Below are positions 55,957 to 64,000 of a stretch of DNA of 64,000 bases, piece by piece. The translations under genes were made by a program, and so were the position numbers. Location: contig JARVGK010000006.1 of assembly GCA_029762535.1 (NCBI GenBank), forward strand, positions 1 to 64,000, given 5' to 3'. Position 1 is the stretch's first letter. Every line of letters begins with the position of its first letter. This DNA is from Thermoplasmatota archaeon. GTDB taxonomy: Archaea > Thermoplasmatota > Penumbrarchaeia > Penumbrarchaeales > Penumbrarchaeaceae. The notes beneath the pieces were generated by a model that had not been told where the DNA came from, made no database searches, and saw only the letters and a list, made by a program, of their open reading frames with translations.

Positions 55957-57182
55957 GGCACCACCTCTGAAGGATGGGCTATAACGCCTTTTAGCGCGGA
56001 TGCCGCCGCGACGGCGACACCGCTTAGGTATATCTTGCTCGTGGGATCTCCCATTCTACCCTTGAAGTTTCGATTGGTGGTAGAGATCGCCACCTCTCCT
56101 GCGGGGAGGACTCCGAGGAAACCTCCTGCACAAGGGCCACAAGTAGGCATCGATATTATCCCCCCAGCATCCATAATGGTCTTAACGTATCCCGCCCTGG
56201 CCGCCCGGGTGTATACCGATCTCGACCCGGGAACGACGAGCATCTTGACCTCTGGGTGGATCTTCTTTCCCTTCAGGATGTCCGCCAGGACCCTGAGATC
56301 GTCCATTCTTCCATTTGTGCATGAGCCAATGAAGACCTGATCTATCCTCTTTCCGGTATGATTGTAGACATCGTCCACTCGATCCGGGGAACCTGGCAAG
56401 GATATCTGAGGTCCTCTGTCGGTCACATCGATATGCTCGGTCTCCCAGTCCCAATCCTTCGATCCTGGCCCTTCATCATCGCTTTCGTTCGTCAGCGCTG
56501 ATATACAATCTATCTCCGATGCCATATTGGTGAGTGTCATCCTGGAATCGTTTCCGATCCAATTCAATATATCCCCCTTCATCTCGAGCGTTCTGCCGTT
56601 CGCCCCGCCCGGTCCGAGGTGCTTGATCATCATAAGCGCCAGGTCCTTTCCCTCGCACCATACGTCCGGGGTACCCTCGAAGTATATGCCAAGGGGTTTA
56701 GGAACCTGCAGCCAGAACTCCCCGGAGGCCATGGCGACGGCCAGGTCCGTGGACCCTATGGCCGTGCAGAACGCACCCAAAGCACCTCCGGTCGTTATAT
56801 GGGAATCGGCGCCTATGACGAGATCACCCTTCTTGACCCGATCCCCCTCGAAGAGATGCACGTGACATATGCCCTCGCCCCATCCGATCAGGTTCGCTAT
56901 TCCGTGACGGGATGAGAATTCTGTCATGGCCCGGCAGCTTTCGGCTGATTCAAGGTCCTTCGGCGGAGTGAAATGGTCCAGATAAAGGTATATCTTCTTG
57001 GCCGCCCTTAGATACGGGACACCTTTGGAGTCCAACATCCTCATCGCAGGTGGGGTTGTAACATCATGTCCCATTATATGGTCCGGGAAGAAAACACCGT
57101 AATCCCCCGGGACGAGATCCCCTTCGATCATATGATCTGAGAGTATGGACAACGCCAATGAACCAAGTACATCCCCGTTCAT
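55953..57182 (-). CDS. leuC: 3-isopropylmalate/homoaconitate-type isomerase large subunit (LeuC/HacA)
   Basis: DH, GICH, GADSH, GSCTNGR, PTCGPC and STTNRNF.GRMG. Confidence 0.85.
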   Translation of the reverse strand: MNGDVLGSLALSILSDHMIEGDLVPGDYGVFFPDHIMGHDVTTPPAMRMLDSKGVPYLRAAKKIYLYLDHFTPPKDLESAESCRAMTEFSSRHGIANLIGWGEGICHVHLFEGDRVKKGDLVIGADSHITTGGALGAFCTAIGSTDLAVAMASGEFWLQVPKPLGIYFEGTPDVWCEGKDLALMMIKHLGPGGANGRTLEMKGDILNWIGNDSRMTLTNMASEIDCISALTNESDDEGPGSKDWDWETEHIDVTDRGPQISLPGSPDRVDDVYNHTGKRIDQVFIGSCTNGRMDDLRVLADILKGKKIHPEVKMLVVPGSRSVYTRAARAGYVKTIMDAGGIISMPTCGPCAGGFLGVLPAGEVAISTTNRNFKGRMGDPTSKIYLSGVAVAAASALKGVIAHPSEVVP

Positions 57183-58360
57183 TGGCAGTGCCTCCTCAGG
57201 GATTTCAATTCGAAACCGTTGGCCCTTGCGAATTGTATAAGATCGTCCTCAGTATCGAACGGGCCTTTGTATGTGGTCGTCTCTTTTACCAGGTCCGTGA
57301 GCTTTATCAATTTCTCATCGTCCAATGTCAGATTGTTCTTCTCGAGGAAATGTCTCAGTGCCGCCTTTCCGGTATGCTTTCCGATCACGAACTGACCTTT
57401 ATGCAGTCCCATCTCCTCCGGGTCGATGATCTCGTAGGTCAGGGGGTTCTTTAGTACGCCATGAACGTGTATACCGGACTCGTGCTTGAAAGCGTTCTCT
57501 CCTATGAGAGGCTGCCATATCTGTATGTTCAGACCCATCTCGTTCTTCACGGTGTCGCATAGGTTGCCAAGTCTGTCCATCTTCAAATTGGTTTCCACGC
57601 CCAGATGCCTGATGTTGAACTTCAATACGACCGCTATCTGTTCTAGAGGGCAGTTCCCGGCCCTCTCTCCGATCCCGGTCACCGTGCAGTCTATCTGTCC
57701 CGCACCGGCCCTGACCGCCGATAAGGTGTTGGCAGTTGCCAATCCTAGATCGTTGTGGCAGTGTATGCCCACCGGAACCCTGTCCCCAACACACGAGCGG
57801 ACATGCTGGATCATGAGAGAAATATGCTCGGGCATTGCACATCCGACCGTATCCGCGAGATTGACCACATCGGCTCCAGCTCTGACCCCTTCCTTCATAA
57901 TGTTCCCCAGAAAGAACAGGTCGGACCTTGTCGCGTCCTCCGAGCTGAACTGAATGGAATCGAACTTACCCTTGGCGTACCTTATCGCGTTGATCATCTT
58001 GTTTATGACATCCAGGGGTTCCATCCTGAGTTTGTCCCTCATGTGTATCGGAGAGGTGGATACCCAGAGGTGGAGCCTTGACCTTCCCGCTCTGGAAAGG
58101 ACCTCCTGGCACATGTCGATCTCGGTCGTTATCGGCCTGCATAGAACAGCTACTGTGGAGTTCTCCACCTCCTTGGAGATCATCCTTATCGCATTTCTCT
58201 CTGATCCTCCGTTGGCCGGAAAACCTGCCTCAAGTACGTCCACTCCGGCCGAGTCCAAAGCACGGGCTATGTTCACCTTCTTTTCTGGGGTGAGGTGTAT
58301 CCCTGGCGCCTGCTCACCATCCCTCAGAGTGGTATCGAATACCCTTAAATTCCTGACCAC
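57179..58360 (-). CDS. DRE-TIM 2-isopropylmalate/homocitrate/citramalate synthase family enzyme without a regulatory domain
   Basis: DTTLRDGEQ, EDATR, DTVG, HCHNDLG, GIGERAGN and HESGIH; 393 aa. Confidence 0.9.
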   Translation of the reverse strand: MVRNLRVFDTTLRDGEQAPGIHLTPEKKVNIARALDSAGVDVLEAGFPANGGSERNAIRMISKEVENSTVAVLCRPITTEIDMCQEVLSRAGRSRLHLWVSTSPIHMRDKLRMEPLDVINKMINAIRYAKGKFDSIQFSSEDATRSDLFFLGNIMKEGVRAGADVVNLADTVGCAMPEHISLMIQHVRSCVGDRVPVGIHCHNDLGLATANTLSAVRAGAGQIDCTVTGIGERAGNCPLEQIAVVLKFNIRHLGVETNLKMDRLGNLCDTVKNEMGLNIQIWQPLIGENAFKHESGIHVHGVLKNPLTYEIIDPEEMGLHKGQFVIGKHTGKAALRHFLEKNNLTLDDEKLIKLTDLVKETTTYKGPFDTEDDLIQFARANGFELKSLRRHCQ

Positions 58361-58537
58361 GTATGGAACCCGCCGTTTCCTTGAAGCTCTTTAAACAATA
58401 TAATCCTGATGTTTAAGGCGGTGCCAGAGGTGGGCGAAAGTGAAAGTATTCCTCTTTCGCCGTTCCCTCCCCAATCCTTATTAACCATACGCTCATCAAT
58501 GAACAGATCCGAAGGTGCCTCGCCCCGGAGGTAGTAT

Positions 58538-59215
58538 ATGATAACGGAATATCAATTGGAAGAGGCCCTTCTCAACGGGTTCGAATATCCGGTAGCGCTC
58601 GTGGTCGAAGTGACGAAGCAGGGGATAGTCCTTTCGAAGATGCGCTATCTGAAAGCCGTTGGGGATGTGGTCAACGAAACGGTCAGATGTCCGTCGATGG
58701 TCATGTATTGTCACATGGGCAAATTCATCGATCCTCATCTCATTGGACAGAGGACTGGACCTATGGGTATCGACCTCCTATACCTTATGGAGCTGAACAA
58801 GGGTCTCTTCAACGAGTCCGTCGATGCGATAAGGAGGGGGAGGTCGATGGTCAATACCAACAATCCAAGCACGAAGAACATTGCATCGGCCCTATTGGAG
58901 AAGATCAACACCAGGGACAGGATCAACTTCAACAGATTGACAGCTCAGGAACAAGGGCTGATACTCGAACCGTATGTCCATTACCTACTGAAAAGAGCCG
59001 GTTCCGGCAAGAGGAAATTGTTCCAGAACGTGGAACTGGTCGAAAGGGGCGGTCTGATAAAATGCCGTTCAGGCGATGAGATAATAAGGTTCAGGCCCAC
59101 TCCCGCTCCGATGATGGAGCTTGATATACTCCTTGTTACCAATATGAACACGATGTCATCCATACTCAAGGACCTCGAGATGATGGGTTTCAAGAAGGAA
59201 ACCCTACAGTTCTAG
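58538..59215 (+). CDS. Hypothetical protein
   Basis: SD GGAGGT, 225-aa ORF with host-like codon usage; no motif recognised. Confidence 0.65.
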   Translation: MITEYQLEEALLNGFEYPVALVVEVTKQGIVLSKMRYLKAVGDVVNETVRCPSMVMYCHMGKFIDPHLIGQRTGPMGIDLLYLMELNKGLFNESVDAIRRGRSMVNTNNPSTKNIASALLEKINTRDRINFNRLTAQEQGLILEPYVHYLLKRAGSGKRKLFQNVELVERGGLIKCRSGDEIIRFRPTPAPMMELDILLVTNMNTMSSILKDLEMMGFKKETLQF

Positions 59216-61644
59216 GTGTCCATATCGTTGCTGTAAAGCTTGGTGAACTTCCCGTCCTTCTTCATGTAGACCAGTCTCTTGTCCTTTATCGCCTTGATGT
59301 TATAATTGACGGTGGATGTGCTGATCTCCATCTCCTCGGATAGCTCCTTCTGGCTGATCCCGGGCATGTTGATTATTCTCTCTAGCATCTTTCTTTGGAG
59401 AGGGGTTAGGTCCATCGGGCTCTCATCTATCTTGAACCCTGCCGGATAGAACCTTCTATAAAGGCCCTCCCTATGGCTCCTTACCAGGTTCTCCTTCTCC
59501 AGTGTGTAGAGATGGTGGGCTAGAGTACCGTTCTTAAGGTTGAGGTTCACCAGTATGGAGCGGAAGTGCTCACCTGGATGGTTCTGGACATATACGTATA
59601 TCCTCCTTCTGAGCTTGTTGCCCAATAGATGTTCGGGTTTAAGTTTGCTGTACAACGGTATCATCATCGTAAAGAAGGAATACCTGAATGTATCGGAGGA
59701 TACCACCACCACGGCCAGTCCGGCGAATATGATGCTTAGGGCTATTCCAGATGCCATTATTCCAGGTCGTATGCCATCCATACCGACGGGTTCGGACGGG
59801 ACCTTAAGGGAGTCCACGTGTATCTCCTCAGACAGCTCGTTGTCGAGTATGGAGTCCTCCTTTACCCCGAATAGCAGCACCACGGCGCTTATGGACCTTG
59901 TCGATGGCCTTGCGGTCCAGTTGAACCAGAAGCTTGACACCTCGCCGCTCTGTAGTTTGGCGTCCATCCTTCCTATCTCGACCCTGGAATTGCTGAAGGT
60001 CACCTCGTAAAGCACGATCATGAAGTTATCGACATCTATTGGACCGGTATTGGCCAATGTGACGTTCATCGGCACCGACTCGCCCTCCTGCAGGATCCTG
60101 TTTGGGATATCCAAGGATAGAATGGCGATGTTCGGAAGTTCCCTTATGAGCACATCACCGATGATGGAATCCACCATTACCCAGGAAGTGTCGTCAGCCG
60201 AGGGGGTAAGCAGTTCCAGGTCCATTTGGAAAGAGGCGGGCTGCAGGTTCTCCTTCAGTTCCAGTGAAATGATGACGGTTTGGGTCATACCGGCAGCTAT
60301 GACGAAATTCGAAGGAGTGATGTTCAACCTGTAGCATGATGGTATCCGTGATCCCTCGACCATGGCCATCTGTGATACGTATCCGGAGTTCTCTACTATA
60401 AGAAGCAGCTTGACCTCCTCATCCTTGTCGAAGGGGCCGCCTTCGACCGATCGTATGCTCATGTTCGTCAGGGGCTTGATCCGGACAAGTGTCTCGGAAT
60501 CGATCACCAGACCGTTGACGTTCATTCCACCGATGACCATGCTGAAGAAACCATTGGCTCCCAATGGCGGTGTGACCTTTACCTTGAACTCCATTCTTTC
60601 GTTGGCGGGGATCAGCTGAGGGGTGTCTGGGTTGAAAATGGAGACCCAACCCATCTGAGGCGAACCGTCCAGGACGGTCAGCCGCGGGGTGTAAACAGCG
60701 GATTCCTGTCCGGTATTAATTGCATCGAAATCCAGAAGGAAGTCCCTGCCTTCCCTGACCTCGAGATATGGAACTCTCGCCTTTATCGTTACCGCTGAGG
60801 ATTGGATCACGTGAAAATGCACGGTCACGGATCCAGAACGTGTTCCGGTATCGAAAAGATCGGCGCCGTACGATCCTGAATAGATAGTAACGCTCAAGAG
60901 CGAGCCGACCACTGCTTTGGGGGATACGCCCACCAGAACCCTTATGAGCGCGTCCGTTCCGAATTTTCCGTGATCTAGCTGGTATTGGACGTATTCACCC
61001 TCCGGAAAGGAGATCTCCCATTCGCTCCTGTGCTCGGCGATCATAATCTCATACGAGTCCTTCATTGACCCCTTGTTCCTCAGGTCGAGGTCGAAGTAGA
61101 GTTTCTGCCCGGGATAGACGTCCATATTCTTCTCGGGGACGAATTCAGGCAGGATCATCAATTCATGGTCGAGGACCGAATCGATCCGGATGATGAGGAT
61201 GATGAAGCTCTTATCCCCTGAAGGGGATCCCATCCCTTCAACGCGTATCATGTGGTCCGCGTTCGGATCGAGACCTGGATATGGCAATACGTCCGGAACC
61301 TCTACGACCACTTTCGCATCCATCGTACCGTTGGCCGGTACTTCCACCGAGCTTGTCACATATGCGAGATATCCGGTGGGGATGTCCGTAAGTTTGAGCA
61401 TCACCGTCTGGTTCTCGGGGGAGAAGTTCTGCACCCAGATGGTGAAGGTGGTTATCTCCCCAGGGATCACCCTGTGCACTGGAAATCGATTCGGCGATGA
61501 AGTGGTCGGATCCCCGGGATCGGCATCTAACCTGATGCTACCCTCGTTGAACTCGCCCGAAGCGCTGGTCGTTCCGGAAATTAGGATGACCTGAACGAGC
61601 AACAGGGTCAGTAACATCGCCGAACACTTGAGACGTTGGCCCAT
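59212..61644 (-). CDS. Membrane-anchored sensor-like protein: extracellular Ig-like (NEW3/CARDB-like) domains, TM and tandem winged HTH
   Basis: Signal peptide, beta-sandwich repeats and a TM, then R.RIY.YV..HPG.HF...L.L..GTL.HHL..LE and PGISQKELS......STVNY. Confidence 0.8.
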   Translation of the reverse strand: MGQRLKCSAMLLTLLLVQVILISGTTSASGEFNEGSIRLDADPGDPTTSSPNRFPVHRVIPGEITTFTIWVQNFSPENQTVMLKLTDIPTGYLAYVTSSVEVPANGTMDAKVVVEVPDVLPYPGLDPNADHMIRVEGMGSPSGDKSFIILIIRIDSVLDHELMILPEFVPEKNMDVYPGQKLYFDLDLRNKGSMKDSYEIMIAEHRSEWEISFPEGEYVQYQLDHGKFGTDALIRVLVGVSPKAVVGSLLSVTIYSGSYGADLFDTGTRSGSVTVHFHVIQSSAVTIKARVPYLEVREGRDFLLDFDAINTGQESAVYTPRLTVLDGSPQMGWVSIFNPDTPQLIPANERMEFKVKVTPPLGANGFFSMVIGGMNVNGLVIDSETLVRIKPLTNMSIRSVEGGPFDKDEEVKLLLIVENSGYVSQMAMVEGSRIPSCYRLNITPSNFVIAAGMTQTVIISLELKENLQPASFQMDLELLTPSADDTSWVMVDSIIGDVLIRELPNIAILSLDIPNRILQEGESVPMNVTLANTGPIDVDNFMIVLYEVTFSNSRVEIGRMDAKLQSGEVSSFWFNWTARPSTRSISAVVLLFGVKEDSILDNELSEEIHVDSLKVPSEPVGMDGIRPGIMASGIALSIIFAGLAVVVVSSDTFRYSFFTMMIPLYSKLKPEHLLGNKLRRRIYVYVQNHPGEHFRSILVNLNLKNGTLAHHLYTLEKENLVRSHREGLYRRFYPAGFKIDESPMDLTPLQRKMLERIINMPGISQKELSEEMEISTSTVNYNIKAIKDKRLVYMKKDGKFTKLYSNDMDT

Positions 61645-61755
61645 GGATGTAAAACCCCTTATGAACTATATAAAAGGTATAGTACACTTTAGTATTGATT
61701 AGCAACTGCTCTGGTTGAAATATAATGAGGGCATATCCATCCATGAGGGCTTGAA

Positions 61756-62325
61756 ATGGGCGACCCCTACGACATACTGGGCGTCAAGAAGGACGCAACG
61801 TTACCAGAGATCAAGAGCGCCTACAAGAACCTGGCAAAGAAACTGCATCCGGACAAGACCGGGGCGAACCCAAGGGCGCTCGAGCAGATGAAGCTCGTGA
61901 ACGAGGCATATGCTTCGTTATGCTCCAACCTGCAAAGGGGATCCTCAATGACGGAGGATGAGCAGAAATATAACGAGGAGGTATGGAGGTCATATTCCAA
62001 ACAGGTAGAGGATTACTACAACCAGGTCCAGGAGTACATGGAGGCTCAGATGAAGGTGATCCGTTCAGAGAAGGAGAAACTGGATATTTACGAGAGACAG
62101 GTCAGATCCAGGGAGCAGGACCTGGATAGGACCAGGAAGGACCTGGAAACCCAAAGGGCCAGATACGGATCCATGCTTTCACGGGAGAAAGAGCTCAGGC
62201 GCAGGGAAGAATATATCGAAAAACGCGAGAACGAGCTCGATGAGCTGATGCTGTGCATATCGAGGTCCAATTCGATAGTGGTCGATCTGGTCCAGTCCTC
62301 CAAGTCTTTGAGGAACAGAAAATAA
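61756..62325 (+). CDS. J-domain (DnaJ class C) protein with a coiled coil
   Basis: DPYDILGV...EIKSAYK.LAKKLHPD. Confidence 0.85.
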   Translation: MGDPYDILGVKKDATLPEIKSAYKNLAKKLHPDKTGANPRALEQMKLVNEAYASLCSNLQRGSSMTEDEQKYNEEVWRSYSKQVEDYYNQVQEYMEAQMKVIRSEKEKLDIYERQVRSREQDLDRTRKDLETQRARYGSMLSREKELRRREEYIEKRENELDELMLCISRSNSIVVDLVQSSKSLRNRK

Positions 62326-62330
62326 TGAGA

Positions 62331-63665
62331 TCATGTCCAATGTACGGTCGTGAGGAACTCGTCCCAGCTGGTGTCCCTGGAGAACATTATGTCCTCGTAC
62401 TGCGGATTGTAGCTTGCGGACCTGTAGGGAATGTATATGGACACCCCATGAGCATCGGGATGTCCCCCGTTCTCGACATTCCTGAGTAGCAGGACGAGAT
62501 CGTCTATACCCCTCATGATATCGCTTGCGATAGTGGTCCGAAGAGTACCGGCGCTGGGCTTGGAGAGCATATAGGCGAGGTCGTATAGGTCGTAATTTGT
62601 GTAAACGGCGATCCCGATCCAGTCCATCTGCCCCGAGAAGGATTCAGTATGCATGTCATCGGGCAGCTCAGGATGACCGATGACGGTGTTTATCAACAGC
62701 GCCTGGTTCAAGAGCTTCCCCGGTCCGGAGACCTTGCTCAGCAGATGCTTCGCCAGCGCATCGACGGATGCCGCTAGCTGTTCTACGTATGAGAGGTTGT
62801 ATACGGCCATGACGTCGGAGTAATCCTCTTTGGGGATGAACGGAGGGGCCCTCCAGGGACCGAATGGCATGAACGTCTCACCCATCACTATGGCGAACTC
62901 TTCAGCGGACATGCCCGGATCCTCTGCCAAACGCCCCCAGCAAGCATCGTACTGCCAGTTGCCAGCCTCCCAAACTCCATTATCAGGGTCCGCTTCGGCC
63001 CCCCAGCCATAGGTCGAACCGCCAACGAAGTACTGGCACGTGTCCTTTAATTCGTAGGCGAACTCGATCATACCCACAAGGCAGCCCTCGGTTGAGAATA
63101 TGTCCACTTTCCTTCCGGTGTGCTCCATGAATACCTCGCACACCCCCCTTATCTCCGGAAGGGATAGATGATCGTTCGATGACTCGTCCCAGCACATCCC
63201 TCTCCATCCCCCACCGTGGTTGGATAGGTGGATGTTGTACCTCCTCGCCGGATAGTTGTCAGCGCCCCACAACAGGAACTTGAGCAGATGTTCGGGATCG
63301 CCCATGTTCAATTCGTAGTGGGACCATTCGGGATCCACATCGGTCAGGTTCAGCTCGGTCGAGCCTCCTTTGCCTATCAAGAGGAGCTGAGTGTCGCCAT
63401 CGTGTATGTTGTCGTTGACGCACAGCATGTTGACATCGGAGGAGTTCTCCACCATCTCTAGGTAGTGGATGTTGGTCTCCATCATGTAGAACTCGCCCAG
63501 ATTCCCGTCCCCGCACATCCAGAAGAAGGACGTCCACTCCTTCACAGCAGGTATTTCGTCCTCTTCTTCGGGCATATGCGCCCCCTGCCGTATCAAGAGA
63601 AAAAGCGCCCCCGATAGGATAAGAAGGGCCAAAGCCCCGGTAATGAGGAATCTCCTTTTATCCAT
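62331..63665 (-). CDS. Clostripain (C11) family cysteine peptidase, membrane-anchored
   Basis: WT...M.GD.NL, ELNMGDP..L, YPA..Y, NHGGGW (His) and TEGCL.G..E (Cys); N-terminal TM. Confidence 0.85.
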   Translation of the reverse strand: MDKRRFLITGALALLILSGALFLLIRQGAHMPEEEDEIPAVKEWTSFFWMCGDGNLGEFYMMETNIHYLEMVENSSDVNMLCVNDNIHDGDTQLLLIGKGGSTELNLTDVDPEWSHYELNMGDPEHLLKFLLWGADNYPARRYNIHLSNHGGGWRGMCWDESSNDHLSLPEIRGVCEVFMEHTGRKVDIFSTEGCLVGMIEFAYELKDTCQYFVGGSTYGWGAEADPDNGVWEAGNWQYDACWGRLAEDPGMSAEEFAIVMGETFMPFGPWRAPPFIPKEDYSDVMAVYNLSYVEQLAASVDALAKHLLSKVSGPGKLLNQALLINTVIGHPELPDDMHTESFSGQMDWIGIAVYTNYDLYDLAYMLSKPSAGTLRTTIASDIMRGIDDLVLLLRNVENGGHPDAHGVSIYIPYRSASYNPQYEDIMFSRDTSWDEFLTTVHWT

Positions 63666-63727
63666 AGTTACCGCACCGAGGATGTACGATAATAGTTTTT
63701 TCGTCATCTGTCGCAACGTTTCCCATA

Positions 63728-64000
63728 TTAGACCCCCCTACGTCCATACCTTCCGACAAGGTATATACCAGAGAGCGCCAGGGGTGCCCCTATGTAAAAG
63801 CCCGCCCAGGGTAGTTCACCCAGGAACAATATCGCAAGCAGCGTGGATCCGATAGGTTCCCCGAGAAGGGATACCGAGACGAAAGTGGGTGAGATGTACT
63901 TCAATGCCCAGTTGTATATTGTGTGGCCAAGTATCATGGGACCTATCGCCAGAGCAGCGAATATAATGTATTCGACCGGCTCACCCGGGACGAAATCTAT
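63728..64000 (-). CDS. EamA/DMT family transporter (5'-truncated by window edge)
   Basis: GHT.YNWALKY and S.LGEPIGST.LA..FLGE; frame is open to base 64000. Confidence 0.85.
   Translation of the reverse strand: MDFVPGEPVEYIIFAALAIGPMILGHTIYNWALKYISPTFVSVSLLGEPIGSTLLAILFLGELPWAGFYIGAPLALSGIYLVGRYGRRGV

Noticed and set aside
54703-58360. Plain leucine, AAA-lysine or coenzyme B biosynthesis operon
   Set aside because: Not excluded, but there is no dehydrogenase or other pathway gene alongside, and the YrdC fusion is unexplained, so specific leuA/aksA/lys names were not assigned to the synthase.
1-64000. rRNA, tRNA, transposase, integrase or prophage genes
   Set aside because: None was recognised by eye; tRNAscan-SE, Rfam and HMM scans would be needed to exclude them formally.

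Overview
Gene-dense 64 kb chromosomal window, inferred to be archaeal and most likely an uncultured Thermoplasmatota-type lineage. The basis is TATA-like promoters, GGTGA/GGAGG Shine-Dalgarno motifs, a PolB2-type polymerase, and many C-terminally anchored PKD/GLUG surface proteins, plus a surface protein fused to a wHTH. 1-18.7 kb is an accessory cell-surface region: tandem GLUG/PKD proteins, a five-DOMON putative multi-haem protein, two toxin-antitoxin pairs (one flanked by 46-bp direct repeats) and an MMPL/RND transporter. 18.8-45 kb holds trehalose synthesis genes (TPSP plus a TreT-like GT), phosphoribulokinase, a CrtW-like di-iron enzyme, a P-type ATPase, wbpEBD-like sugar genes, DUF1846, PolB2, flavodoxins/nitroreductase and an orphan DNA methyltransferase. 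45-58 kb holds the two most unusual loci. The first is an aconitase-citD*-citE-citF-monomeric IDH operon whose CitD lacks the prosthetic-group serine, with no citC/G/X in the window; it is a candidate ACP-independent citrate cleavage or synthesis route. The second is a LeuA-like/LeuC/LeuD::YrdC(TsaC) operon whose YrdC domain keeps its ATP motifs but has an altered amino-acid pocket. Window-wide signals are strong GATC over-representation (absent from apparently foreign segments) and up to four genes that appear to start at non-canonical codons (CTG, CTG, ACG, ATC). No rRNA, tRNA, CRISPR array or transposase was recognised. All functional calls come from motif recognition by eye; no database searches were run.
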